Part shown: positions 1 through 8,894 of the stretch, one piece after another | Numbering within the stretch: the stretch's first letter is position 1 | How the letters are laid out: each line of letters begins with the position of its first letter | NCBI GenBank assembly: GCA_965204745.1 | Contig: OZ242010.1 | Location: 3,659,767 to 3,723,766 of the forward strand | Direction: 5' to 3' | DNA from: Candidatus Latescibacterota bacterium | GTDB lineage: Bacteria > Latescibacterota > UBA2968 | DNA: 64,000 nt | Notes under the pieces: generated by a model | What the model saw: only the letters and a program-made list of their open reading frames with translations | The model's database searches: none | What the model was told of the DNA's origin: nothing | Made by a program: the position numbers and the translations under genes

Positions 1-666
1 GGCTTCGACCAAATCGCGATCCCCGAGCAACAAGCCCGTGGGCTGTGGCCCGCGGAGGTATTTGCCCCCGCTATACGCGACCAAATTCGCCCCGCGTTGC
101 GTGTAGGGTTCGGGAGATCGCAAGTGCTCTGACGCCGCATCGACCAGCACGGGAACGCCTCGCGGGCGCGCCATCTCGACAATCGCCTCCAGCATCTCAT
201 CCGCCTCCCAAGTGCCCAGTAGGGCGACCATCGCCACCTGCTCTCGGTTGAGCGCGTCATCCATTTCCCGCATAGAATCCACCTCTACGATAGTCGCGCC
301 CACAGACCGAATCGCGTGATCATAAGTAAATCGGCTCTCTTTGGGCATGACGACCTCGGCCTGCATCCCGCGCGTATCGGGCAGGCGAAACATCAACTCG
401 GGATCGCCCCCCGTGATGCAAGCCGCTGTTGCATGGCACAAACACGTTGCCGCGCCGGATGCGACCATGCCCCATTCCGCGGCCGTGAGTTCGGCCAACC
501 GCTCGCCCGCCCCGGCCATGAGTTCGTCCATGTTGACAAAAAAGCGCGACGCATCCCGCATCGCATCGCGCACCTGCGGCAACATCAGCGTGCCCCCGTG
601 AATGGTCCGCGTGCCGCAGCAGTTGATAAACGACCGCACGCCGAGTTGGGTATAGGGATTGTTCAC
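1..666 (-). CDS. SelA-domain PLP-dependent protein (DgaE / L-seryl-tRNA(Sec) selenium transferase-like), N-terminal 222 aa; the gene runs off the window start
   Basis: Reverse-strand translation from GTG at 666 (AGGAGA RBS 6 nt upstream): MISSVNNPYTQLGVRSFINCCGTRTIHGG...AYSGGKYLRGPQPTGLL. The YSGGKY-L-GPQ block resembles the SelA PLP-lysine region (FSGDKLLGGPQ). No stop before position 1, so it is absent from the ORF track. Confidence 0.55.
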   Translation of the reverse strand, partial: MNNPYTQLGVRSFINCCGTRTIHGGTLMLPQVRDAMRDASRFFVNMDELMAGAGERLAELTAAEWGMVASGAATCLCHATAACITGGDPELMFRLPDTRGMQAEVVMPKESRFTYDHAIRSVGATIVEVDSMREMDDALNREQVAMVALLGTWEADEMLEAIVEMARPRGVPVLVDAASEHLRSPEPYTQRGANLVAYSGGKYLRGPQPTGLLLGDRDLVEA

Positions 667-803
667 AGATGATCTCCTCGTTCGCAATAATTTGGGAATG
701 GTGCGAGGACAGGCACGGGCCTGCTACTTTAATTCAGTGGGCCTGTCCCTGCGAGCGACTTGATTTGCCAACCGCTTGGGAGGAGGGAGGGAGATAGGGC
801 GGA

Positions 804-825
804 CTGACAACTGACAACTGACAAC
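804..825. repeat. (CTGACAA)x3 heptamer array abutting the IS fragment
   Basis: ctgacaactgacaactgacaac lies directly before ggcgttgttgcataaat, the IS terminal inverted repeat. Confidence 0.8.
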
Positions 826-1250
826 GGCGTTGTTGCATAAATAGCTATTGCCTGCAAGTTGGGATTGCAAAAAGACAAGCTCCTTCGTAGATTGGGCATA
901 TGGAGCACCGAAACCACTCACCCTTTCTCACCAGGAACCTGTCATGCCCAAGATAACCGCTTCCAAGACCGCCGTCAAGGCCCCTCGTCGCCCTCGTCGC
1001 CCGCGCTGTGCGCCTGTCTATCGGGTTCGGAACTGGCCGGCCTACGAGGCCGGTCTCAAGCAGCGGGGCAGTCTGACGTTTTGGATTACACCGCAAGCCC
1101 TTCGGGGGTGGTACCATCAAGGGCCAACGCAACGGGGGAGGCAAAACACCTTTTCAGATTTGGCTATTCAAACGGCACTGATGTTGCGCTTGGTCTCTGC
1201 CTTGCCCCTGCGTCAAACCGAGGGGTTTCTCACGTCCATCCTGGCGCGTG
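826..1250 (+). mobile_element. Truncated IS5-family copy (IR plus the first ~100 codons of the transposase)
   Basis: 826-960 is near-identical to the reverse complement of 31440-31581, the transposase-proximal end of the full IS. MPKITASK...LPLRQTEGFL matches the N-terminus of the 334-aa transposase at 30458..31462. The similarity ends around 1250. Confidence 0.65.
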
Positions 1251-1450
1251 GAGATGACGCGGGAGAGCGTCACACTGCCCACGCACATCCCGGCCATGAA
1301 CGTGCCGAGCAAGATGCCGAGGGAAATGGCCGAAGACCCGACGACGAGTTGCAACATCTGAAACCAGACGATTTCGTAGATGAGCGCGGCACACCCACTG
1401 CCCGCGAACAGGGCGACGAGCAAGGGGAGAAATTTGGGCTTGGCGCGCAT
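1228..1450 (-). pseudogene. 5' remnant of a spermidine-synthase-like polytopic membrane protein gene, interrupted by the IS fragment
   Basis: MRAKPKFLPLLVALFAGSGCAALIYEIVWFQMLQLVVGSSAISLGILLGTFMAGMCVGS resembles the conserved N-terminus of the membrane-bound spermidine synthase-like family. The reading frame then runs into IS-derived sequence. Confidence 0.4.
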
Positions 1451-1533
1451 ATAATCGTTGTCCTTGAATTGTATTTTTCGTAAGTTTAACGACCGCTAGC
1501 GAAGTTGTGCAGCCCTATTTTAAGGAGATCGTC

Positions 1534-2307
1534 ATGCAACTCACGACCGAACAAATCCGCGAATTTTACGAGCGCGGGTACGTCAAAATCCCCGGTGCCA
1601 TCTCGAAGGCGATGGTGGATACGGCGCGGCAGGCCGTCAACCATTCGATTGGCACGCTAGGGCCGAATGGCGAGGATATGTCCAAGCATCGCGCCGCGCA
1701 GTTTTGCCGCGACTTGAATGGCAGTCCCGTGATTATGGACCTGTTCAACAACAGCCCGGTCTGTTCCCTCGCCGAATCCCTGATGGGAGAGGGCAACTTG
1801 CAAAAGCCCATCCAAGGCGCGCAGGTGGCGCCGCGGTTTCCCAATGTCATCGGCAAAGACCCGGCCGAACCGCGGGGGCATCTCGACGGCATGGGCACGG
1901 GCATGAATGGCATGCCCAAAGGCGTGTACCGCCGCGATTTCACCTGTTTTGCCGTCATTTACCTGGCCGATGTGCCCGAGTCCTTTAGCGGCAATTTCAC
2001 GGTTTGGCCGGGGTCGCATCGCTTTTTTGAATCCTACTTCAAGCGCGAGGGGCTCGAAGTGCTCTCCGATGGTACGCCGCATGTGGCATTGCCCGAAGGT
2101 CCGGATATGATCACCGGCAACGCGGGCGATCTCGTTCTCGCACACCACCAGATGGTCCACAGCGCCGGCCCGAATGCGTCTCCCAATATTCGCTATGCGA
2201 CCATTGCCCGCCTCCGCCACGTCGATTGCACTGAAAACGGCAATCGGGGCTTCCTCGACATCTGGCGCGAATTTCCCCGAGTGCGCGAAGTGCTCGCAGC
2301 GGCATAA
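1534..2307 (+). CDS. Phytanoyl-CoA dioxygenase (PhyH) family Fe(II)/2-oxoglutarate oxygenase, paralogue 1
   Basis: RBS taaggagat then ATG at 1534. H-x-D facial-triad motif (PRGHLDG) and a distal His (HHQMVHSAGPN). 45-50% identity to the next gene. Confidence 0.8.
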   Translation: MQLTTEQIREFYERGYVKIPGAISKAMVDTARQAVNHSIGTLGPNGEDMSKHRAAQFCRDLNGSPVIMDLFNNSPVCSLAESLMGEGNLQKPIQGAQVAPRFPNVIGKDPAEPRGHLDGMGTGMNGMPKGVYRRDFTCFAVIYLADVPESFSGNFTVWPGSHRFFESYFKREGLEVLSDGTPHVALPEGPDMITGNAGDLVLAHHQMVHSAGPNASPNIRYATIARLRHVDCTENGNRGFLDIWREFPRVREVLAAA

Positions 2308-2374
2308 TACCAAAGGGATCAGGCGTTGCTTGTCTAAAGCGTTTGGTCCTTTGATGGCGTTGACCGAGGGGACC

Positions 2375-2696
2375 TATCCCCCGGCCCCTTTCCTACGAGG
2401 AAAGGGGAGTAAAGCTCCATTGATGGCTTCTCGCTCTGGTTGCTCTGATGGCGGTGCGCGAGGGCATAAAGCGATTAAAAACCCCTCACACCATCCCCTC
2501 GTAAAACCCATCCGCGTTCCCCCCTTCCTCGCAGGAAGGGGGGTTAGGGGGGTAGGTCCCGATAGGGCATAAAGCGATTAAAAATCCCTCACACCATCCC
2601 CTCGCAAAACCCATCCGCGTTCCCCCCTTCCTCAAAGGCACAGGCGTAGCCTACAACGAAGCGAAGCGAGTAACGGGGGTTAGGGGGCTGGGCGGT
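2375..2696. repeat. Intergenic composite of GC-rich hairpin modules, including a ~104-bp tandem duplication at 2464-2634
   Basis: Palindromes cccctttcctacgaggaaagggg and ccccccttcctcgcaggaagggggg. The gcataaagcgattaaaaa...gcgttcccccc unit occurs twice. The module gcacaggcgtagcctacaacgaagcgaagcgagtaacgggggttaggggg recurs at 8810, 14640, 21060 and 29840 (reverse). Confidence 0.55.
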
Positions 2697-2742
2697 CTGA
2701 CAACTGACAACTGACAACCGACAACCGACAACCGACAACTGA
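2697..2742. repeat. Heptamer array (CTGACAA/CCGACAA) x6-7
   Basis: ctgacaactgacaactgacaaccgacaaccgacaaccgacaactga. Confidence 0.85.
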
Positions 2743-2754
2743 TAGGAGTTCACC

Positions 2755-3531
2755 ATGTCCATTACCGATGCACAAAAACGCCAATTTGTCGAGGAAGGGT
2801 ATCTCAAAATCTCGGGGGCTGTGCCCAAGCACATGATCGAAACGGCGCGGCGCGCGGTCAATTATTCCATTGGCAATGTGGGCCTTGGCGGTGAAGACCT
2901 CGCAAATCACCGCTCGGGATTCTTTTGCGCCGAACTGTTGGACGCGCCGTTCATCATCGACATGTACAACGAGACGCCGGTGATGGAGATCGCCGAAGCC
3001 CTGATGGGCAAGGGCAATGTCCTGCCGGTTGCACGCGCCAAAACCTATCCGCGCTTCCCCATGCCACTCGGCGCAGAACCCTCGCCGCCGCGGGGCCATA
3101 TTGACGGCATTGGCAACGGCACCAATGGCACGGCCAAGGGCGATTACAAGCGCGGATTCACGGCGTTTGCCGTCGTCTATCTCGTGGATGTGCCCGAACC
3201 GTTCAGCGGCAATTTCACGGTTTGGCCCAAGTCCCATCGCTTTTTTGCGGACTATTTCAAAACGCACGGTCACGAAGTGCTCGCCCAAGGCATGCCTCGC
3301 CCCGATCTGCCCGAAGACCCGGTGATGATCACCGGCAACGCGGGCGATTTCATTCTCGCGCATCATCAGGTCGTTCACGGCTCGTGTCCCAACGCCTCGC
3401 CCAACGTGCGCTTGGCGACCATCTCTCGCCTCAAGCACAAAGATGCCGATCAAATCGGCAAGGATGCGTACACAGAGATATGGCGCGAATGGCCCGGTCT
3501 TCACGACGTGCTCAATGGAAAATCCGAGTGA
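2755..3531 (+). CDS. PhyH family Fe(II)/2OG oxygenase, paralogue 2
   Basis: aggag RBS. PRGHIDG and HHQVVHGSCPN motifs. Collinear similarity to paralogue 1. Confidence 0.8.
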   Translation: MSITDAQKRQFVEEGYLKISGAVPKHMIETARRAVNYSIGNVGLGGEDLANHRSGFFCAELLDAPFIIDMYNETPVMEIAEALMGKGNVLPVARAKTYPRFPMPLGAEPSPPRGHIDGIGNGTNGTAKGDYKRGFTAFAVVYLVDVPEPFSGNFTVWPKSHRFFADYFKTHGHEVLAQGMPRPDLPEDPVMITGNAGDFILAHHQVVHGSCPNASPNVRLATISRLKHKDADQIGKDAYTEIWREWPGLHDVLNGKSE

Positions 3532-3539
3532 GGTACCCC

Positions 3540-4328
3540 ATGCCTATCGCCATAACCGAAGCGCAGAAGCGGCAATACAGGGACGAGGGCTATTTTATCC
3601 TCGAATCCGTTATTCCCGATCACCACCTCGAACTCTTGCGCGGGGCATGCCAGACCTTTATCGACCAAATGCACGCACGCATGGATGAGCGAGGCACGGA
3701 TACCCTTGGCATCAACCATCGCAACAAACGCTACTTTGTCTCCAACTGCTTTCGCCAGCAACCGAGCCTTCGCGCCTTCCTTTTTAGCGATCTCATGGCC
3801 GCTATCTGCCGTGCGACCTTGGACGACAACGCCTATCTTTTTTGGGAACAGTATGTCGTCAAAGGCGCGGAAACCGGCATGAAATTTTCATGGCATCAGG
3901 ACTCTGGCTATGTGGGATATCCGGACCACAAACCCTATCTCACCTGCTGGTGCGCGTTAGATGATATGCGCGAAGAAAACGGCACGATTCACCTCTTGCC
4001 CTATTCGCGTAGCGGCATCCGATCTTGGGTACAACACATCGCGGAAGAAGGTAGCAACGACAAAGTCGGCTATTTTGGCGATGATCCCGGGCTGATTGTC
4101 GCAGTGCCCGCGGGCAGTATTGTCGCTTTCTCCAGTATCGTCTTTCACAGCAGCAGCACCAACACCACCCCAAATCTGAGACGCGCTTACCTCGGGCAAT
4201 ACTCCTGTGAACCCATCCTCTCGGCCGATGGCAACAAACTCTGGGGCAATGCCGAACCCTTCCTCCGCGATGGGCAATCCGCAGTCGGTGAACCGCCACC
4301 CGTCTTGTCACCGAGGCCGGATGAGTAA
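3540..4328 (+). CDS. PhyH family Fe(II)/2OG oxygenase, paralogue 3
   Basis: ATG at 3540, 9 nt after the previous stop. SWHQDSGY (H-x-D) and VFHSS. The ORF-track N-terminal extension from 3222 overlaps the upstream gene and is rejected. Confidence 0.75.
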   Translation: MPIAITEAQKRQYRDEGYFILESVIPDHHLELLRGACQTFIDQMHARMDERGTDTLGINHRNKRYFVSNCFRQQPSLRAFLFSDLMAAICRATLDDNAYLFWEQYVVKGAETGMKFSWHQDSGYVGYPDHKPYLTCWCALDDMREENGTIHLLPYSRSGIRSWVQHIAEEGSNDKVGYFGDDPGLIVAVPAGSIVAFSSIVFHSSSTNTTPNLRRAYLGQYSCEPILSADGNKLWGNAEPFLRDGQSAVGEPPPVLSPRPDE

Positions 4329-4359
4329 GACCAAATCGCCCTTTTTGGTATAACGCCAG

Positions 4360-5208
4360 TCAAGACCTCGGATGCCCCGCTTCCTCCATCAACCGCAACC
4401 AATCTCTGTGACTCGTTGCAACCCGCTCTGGATCGACCCGGCTTCGGGCGACAAAACCGGGCACCTGCTCGCGCCCGGTTGGCAATCTGTAATCGCTGTA
4501 TCGAATGTCCAGGCTCCAGCGGATGTGGTCGGCCTGGTTTGGAAATGAGCGATGGACGGTCTTGTGCTGAATCAGGGCCGCGCCCCCGGCTGGCAACGCG
4601 GACGAGACGCGCTCGCCCGGCGGCAACTCCGCTTCGGGAATTTCCAACTCGCCCCCCACTTTTTGGTGGAGAATAATCCCGTGCTTATGGCTTCCGGCCA
4701 AAATTTCCAGACAGCCATTTTCCACATGGGTAGGGACCAGCGGCACCCAAAAGTTGATCATAAACGTCTCTTCCACCTCTGGATCCAAAAACGCGATGTC
4801 CTGATGCCACGCCACTTCTGCTTCGCCGGGCATTTTTGCGCGGATGTTAAACTGCGGATGCACCAGGATTTCCGGGCCAATAATCGACTCGACCACGTTC
4901 AGGATGGCGGGATGGGTGAGCAAATAAAACAATCCCGCAGTCTTGTGGGCCTTGCCCAAAATCTCGCTGACAAACCGCTTGTCCGTTCCCATAGCCGCGC
5001 AGAGAAGTGCCAACCGCCGCTCAAATGGCGCGTCTGCAAACACCTCCCCCAACTGACCACGCGCCTGGGCCTCCCGCGCCCTGCGGTCAATCGCCGCATT
5101 AAACTCCTCCACCAACGGCTGATACGCTTCTGTGGGCAGGCATTCGCCCAGCAACAAATATCCTTCCGATTTGTAAAAAGCAATCTGCTCCTCCGTCAAA
5201 CCAGCCAT
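4360..5208 (-). CDS. PhyH family Fe(II)/2OG oxygenase, paralogue 4
   Basis: ATG at 5208 with a GGAGGAGGA RBS. MAGLTEEQIAFYKSEGYLLL... WHQDIAF (H-x-D) ... IQHKTVHRS. The 150-codon upstream extension in the track is low-complexity and rejected. Confidence 0.7.
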   Translation of the reverse strand: MAGLTEEQIAFYKSEGYLLLGECLPTEAYQPLVEEFNAAIDRRAREAQARGQLGEVFADAPFERRLALLCAAMGTDKRFVSEILGKAHKTAGLFYLLTHPAILNVVESIIGPEILVHPQFNIRAKMPGEAEVAWHQDIAFLDPEVEETFMINFWVPLVPTHVENGCLEILAGSHKHGIILHQKVGGELEIPEAELPPGERVSSALPAGGAALIQHKTVHRSFPNQADHIRWSLDIRYSDYRLPTGREQVPGFVARSRVDPERVATSHRDWLRLMEEAGHPRS

Positions 5209-5224
5209 TGTCCTCCTCCTGTTT

Positions 5225-6007
5225 TTATCTCGCCCGAAAATCCCTATCGCCTTTGAACGGCATGGTCTCGCCCGGAATATATCGCGGGCGCGGGGCGTAG
5301 GCATTTTTGACATCGGGATCGGCTTTGCCGCGTACGAGGATGTTTTCGTGGTTTTCTCTTTGAACCCATGTGGTCGTTGGAATATAGCGCAGGGTGAGGC
5401 CAACGCGCCATTGGTCGGATGTGTTGGCATTGGAGCCGTGGATGATATTGGGATTGTGGATCGAGACGTCGCCGGCCTGGAGTTCGAGATCGACCGCGTC
5501 TGAATCGTCGATCTGGTCCGGGCGAATGCCCACGCCGAGCACGTACTTTTCCGCGTCCAAGGCCATGAGTTCGCGGCGTTTGAGCAAGTGCTTGTTCTGC
5601 GTGCCGGGCAAGACGCGCATGCAACCATTTTCAATTGTCGATGCCGTGCCCGCAACCCAGAGGGTGGTCACTTCCATCGGCTCGAGGGGCCAGTAAGAAC
5701 CGTCTTGATGCCACTGCACGGCCCGACCATCGCCCGGGGGTTTGGCGATGTAATGCGCCGCAAATAGCGCGATGTCGGGGCCGAGGAATTGTTCGGCGAT
5801 ATCGACGAGGCGTTCATCCCCTACGAGCCGGTGCATGAATGGATCGTGCGCCAGCAGATGGTGATGCAGGTGTTCTGGACGCACGCCAGGGTTTCTTTCG
5901 ATCAACCAATGGACGTGCTGAACCGTTTCTGCGGCGAGCTCTGGATCGATGGCGTTCCGTGCGATCACATAGCCGCGTTGGTCGTAGTCGCGCCGTAAAT
6001 TTTTCAT
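5225..6007 (-). CDS. PhyH family Fe(II)/2OG oxygenase, paralogue 5
   Basis: WHQDGSYW and IHNPNIIHGS motifs. Its start overlaps the upstream sulfatase stop by 4 bp (ATGA). Confidence 0.75.
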   Translation of the reverse strand: MKNLRRDYDQRGYVIARNAIDPELAAETVQHVHWLIERNPGVRPEHLHHHLLAHDPFMHRLVGDERLVDIAEQFLGPDIALFAAHYIAKPPGDGRAVQWHQDGSYWPLEPMEVTTLWVAGTASTIENGCMRVLPGTQNKHLLKRRELMALDAEKYVLGVGIRPDQIDDSDAVDLELQAGDVSIHNPNIIHGSNANTSDQWRVGLTLRYIPTTTWVQRENHENILVRGKADPDVKNAYAPRPRYIPGETMPFKGDRDFRAR

Positions 6008-7494
6008 CGCGCACGCTCCTGTCGCGGTGTCGTGCGTTGGCTTGCTCGGATGTCGCGCAGCCGGTTCGCCATCTGCTCCGCGATAGCCGGATGGGCTGAC
6101 GCCACATTTTCGATCTGCCCGATGTCGCCCGACAAGTCGTAGAGTTGTGGGGCCGGCGCATTGCCGGTTTCGATGTTGACATTGGTATTCACGGGCGGGC
6201 CTTCATGTGGCGGAATGAAAACCCAGTCTCCCCGTCGCAAAACGGTTTTTGCCTGTATGCCTTCCAAGACGATCTCGGCGCGGCCCGCATCGCTTTGCCC
6301 CAACAGCGCGTCGAGCACATTCGCGCTGTCGGGCCCCGCGTCAGAATCGAGCGAAACGCCGGCCAGCGCGGCAAAAGAGGCGAGGAAATCGACCTGACTG
6401 ACCAGCGCTTGGGATGCGCCGGGGTTGACCCTGCCGGGCCAAGACAAGATGAAGGGCACGCGAGTGCCGCCGTCATACATGCTGTATTTGCCGCCGCGCA
6501 ATGGGCCTGCGGGACGGTGATCCCCGCAGCGTTCAACGGCTTGGTCGTAGTACCCGTCGTTGAGCACCGGGCCGTTGTCGCTGGAGAAGATCACTATCGT
6601 GTTTTCTTTGAGCCCATGCCGGTCGAGCGCGTCGAGCATTTCGCCGACGCACCAGTCCATTTCGGCGATGGTATCGCCGCGCGGCCCCAGTGTCGTGCTG
6701 CCCACAAACCGGGGATGGGGCAGGCGCGGGACATGGGGTTGGTGGAAAGCGTAGTACAAGAAGAAGGGGTTGTTTTTGTTTTGTTCGACGAATGATAGGG
6801 CTTTTCCCAAAAAGACGTCGGCCATTTCTTCATCGACCCAAAGGGCTGCGTCGCCGCCTTTCATGTAGCCGATGCGGCTCACCCCATTGACGATGCTCAT
6901 GTCGTGCCCATGGTGGTATTTCATTTTGAGCAATTCGGGATTGTCCTTCCCGGTGGGCAGGCCGGGAAAGGGCTTGTTTCTGTTGTACTCGACTTCGATG
7001 GGATCGGCTGGATCCAGACCGACGACATCCCTGCCGTCGAGGTACACGCAGGGCACGCGGTCATTGGTTGCGGCCATGATGAAAGACGAGTCAAATCCAA
7101 TGTCGAGCGGGGTTCCGGGAAGGGGCGCGTTCCAATTTTGATTGCCCGCGCCAATGCCGAGGTGCCATTTGCCCACAACGCCGGTTGCGTAGCCGGCCCG
7201 TTTGAGCATCGAAGGCAAGGTGCAGGTATCGGGGTCGATGATGAGGGGCGCGTCGCCGGGCAAGATGTGGGCGCGTTCATCGCGCCAGGAATAAGACCCG
7301 GTGAGCAAGCTGTAGCGCGAGGGAGTACACGTCGCGGCAGTGGCATACCCGTTGTGGAACATCACGCCCTCGGCTACGAGGCGGTCGATGTTGGGCGTGT
7401 CGAGTGCGGTGGCGCCGTAACAGCTCACGTCGCCAAAGCCGAGGTCGTCGGCGTACATGACGATGATATTGGGGTGTTGCGTGGAATCGGCCAT
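6004..7494 (-). CDS. Sulfatase (Cys-type arylsulfatase family)
   Basis: C-T-P-S-R formylglycine signature (ATCTPSRYSLLTG). The N-terminus MADSTQHPNIIVMYADDLGFGD has no signal peptide. Start 7494 chosen at the conserved N-terminus. Confidence 0.8.
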   Translation of the reverse strand: MADSTQHPNIIVMYADDLGFGDVSCYGATALDTPNIDRLVAEGVMFHNGYATAATCTPSRYSLLTGSYSWRDERAHILPGDAPLIIDPDTCTLPSMLKRAGYATGVVGKWHLGIGAGNQNWNAPLPGTPLDIGFDSSFIMAATNDRVPCVYLDGRDVVGLDPADPIEVEYNRNKPFPGLPTGKDNPELLKMKYHHGHDMSIVNGVSRIGYMKGGDAALWVDEEMADVFLGKALSFVEQNKNNPFFLYYAFHQPHVPRLPHPRFVGSTTLGPRGDTIAEMDWCVGEMLDALDRHGLKENTIVIFSSDNGPVLNDGYYDQAVERCGDHRPAGPLRGGKYSMYDGGTRVPFILSWPGRVNPGASQALVSQVDFLASFAALAGVSLDSDAGPDSANVLDALLGQSDAGRAEIVLEGIQAKTVLRRGDWVFIPPHEGPPVNTNVNIETGNAPAPQLYDLSGDIGQIENVASAHPAIAEQMANRLRDIRASQRTTPRQERAR

Positions 7495-7602
7495 AGGGTA
7501 TCCTTTCTCATAATGGGACGGGCAATATAGGGCGTCGTCCAACTGGCAAGCAAGCAGAAAGACGCATGCGCGTTTGGCAGAAGAAATGAAACAAAAACAG
7601 CA

Positions 7603-7703
7603 TTCTGACGTAAAAGGCGATGAGATGGCACCTTGCGTCTTGCCTCTTGCCTCTCACCTCTTGCCTCTTGCCTCGTTCTGACGTAAAAGGCGATGAGATG
7701 GCA
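7603..7703. repeat. 28-bp direct repeats (tctgacgtaaaaggcgatgagatggcac) flanking a CCTCTTG/CCTCTCA heptamer insert
   Basis: Exact duplication at 7603-7630 and 7676-7703, with 45 bp of cttgcctcttgcctctcacctcttgcctcttgcc between them, directly upstream of the RBS of the 7726 gene. Confidence 0.6.
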
Positions 7704-7725
7704 CATTCACACAAAGGAGGGAACG

Positions 7726-8511
7726 ATGATGCGATTGGCAGTTGTTGCGGCGTTGTTGAGTTGGGCGGCCCAAAACGCCGCGGCGGAAACCCATCCGGCG
7801 GCAGAGGGCTTTGATCAGGCGGGATCCGATGCCGAGGCCATCGAGATCGCGGACGCGGTGATGGCAAAAATGGGCGGGTGGAAAAATTGGGATCAGACGC
7901 GGTACCTTACGTGGCGTTTTTTTGGCCGGCGTCTGCACGTCTGGGACAAGTGGACGGGCGATCTGCGGCACGAGGATGGGGACAGGCTCGTTTTGATGAA
8001 TCTCGGGACGAAAACGGGCCGCGTGTGGTTTGGCGGCACAGAGGTGACACAGGCGGATTCCGTGAGAAAATACGTGAATCAGGGGTACAGGCGGTGGATC
8101 AATGATTCGTATTGGCTGGTGATGCCCTACAAGTTGAAGGATTCGGGCGTGACCTTAAAATACAGCGGCGAGGATGAAACGCAGGATGGCCGCCCCGCGC
8201 ATAAATTGACCCTGACATTTGCGGATGTGGGCGTCACGCCGCAAAACAAATACGATGTGTGGGTGGATAAAGAGCGCAATCTGGTGACGGAGTGGGCTTT
8301 TTATCCCAAAGCATTAGACGTGGAACCCCGCTTCCGCAATCCGTGGACGAATTGGACAAAGCACGGCAATATCCTGCTTTCGGATGGCCGCGGGTCCACG
8401 CGCAGAGGCGAACGCAAGCATTCGGATATCGCGGTTTTCGACGCGCTGCCAGCATCGGTATTTGAAAGCCCGGATCCCGTGGATCTGATGGCGTTGAAAA
8501 ATCGACAGTAG
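7726..8511 (+). CDS. Hypothetical secreted protein
   Basis: AAGGAGG RBS then ATGATG. Signal peptide MMRLAVVAALLSWAAQNAAA. No recognisable family. Confidence 0.6.
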   Translation: MMRLAVVAALLSWAAQNAAAETHPAAEGFDQAGSDAEAIEIADAVMAKMGGWKNWDQTRYLTWRFFGRRLHVWDKWTGDLRHEDGDRLVLMNLGTKTGRVWFGGTEVTQADSVRKYVNQGYRRWINDSYWLVMPYKLKDSGVTLKYSGEDETQDGRPAHKLTLTFADVGVTPQNKYDVWVDKERNLVTEWAFYPKALDVEPRFRNPWTNWTKHGNILLSDGRGSTRRGERKHSDIAVFDALPASVFESPDPVDLMALKNRQ

Positions 8512-8894
8512 GCGGTCCGTGCAACGTTGCCCTTCCGCGCCGCCGTGTCTGAATCGCGGATTAAACGGATTAGGGGATTGCGCGGATTACCACCCACCGC
8601 CCTACCGCCATAGACCTATCCCCCCGGCCCCCGTTATTCGCTTCGCTCATTGTAGGCTACGCCTGTGCCTACAAGGAAAGGGGGAGCGCATGGCTTTTTG
8701 AAGGTTTATATCCCTGTCTGTTTTGATGGCTTTGCGCGAATGGATCACGCCATAGAAACCCAAACCCCTCTCGCGTAAATCTCTCGCAAGACCCATCGCC
8801 ATTCCCCCTTGTATCTTCCTCGCAGGCACAGGCGTAGCCTACAACGAAGCGTAGCGAGTAACGGGGATTAGGGGGGTAAGTCCCGATTTGTGCA

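Noticed and set aside
316-672. Plus-strand ORFs 316..672 and 341..601 from the six-frame track
   Set aside because: Composition-driven ORFs in GC-rich DNA. The opposite strand encodes a coherent SelA-domain protein with an RBS and a GTG start.
4552-5256. 234-aa plus-strand ORF
   Set aside because: Antisense to a well-supported PhyH gene (4360..5208). No motifs. Typical GC-rich shadow ORF.
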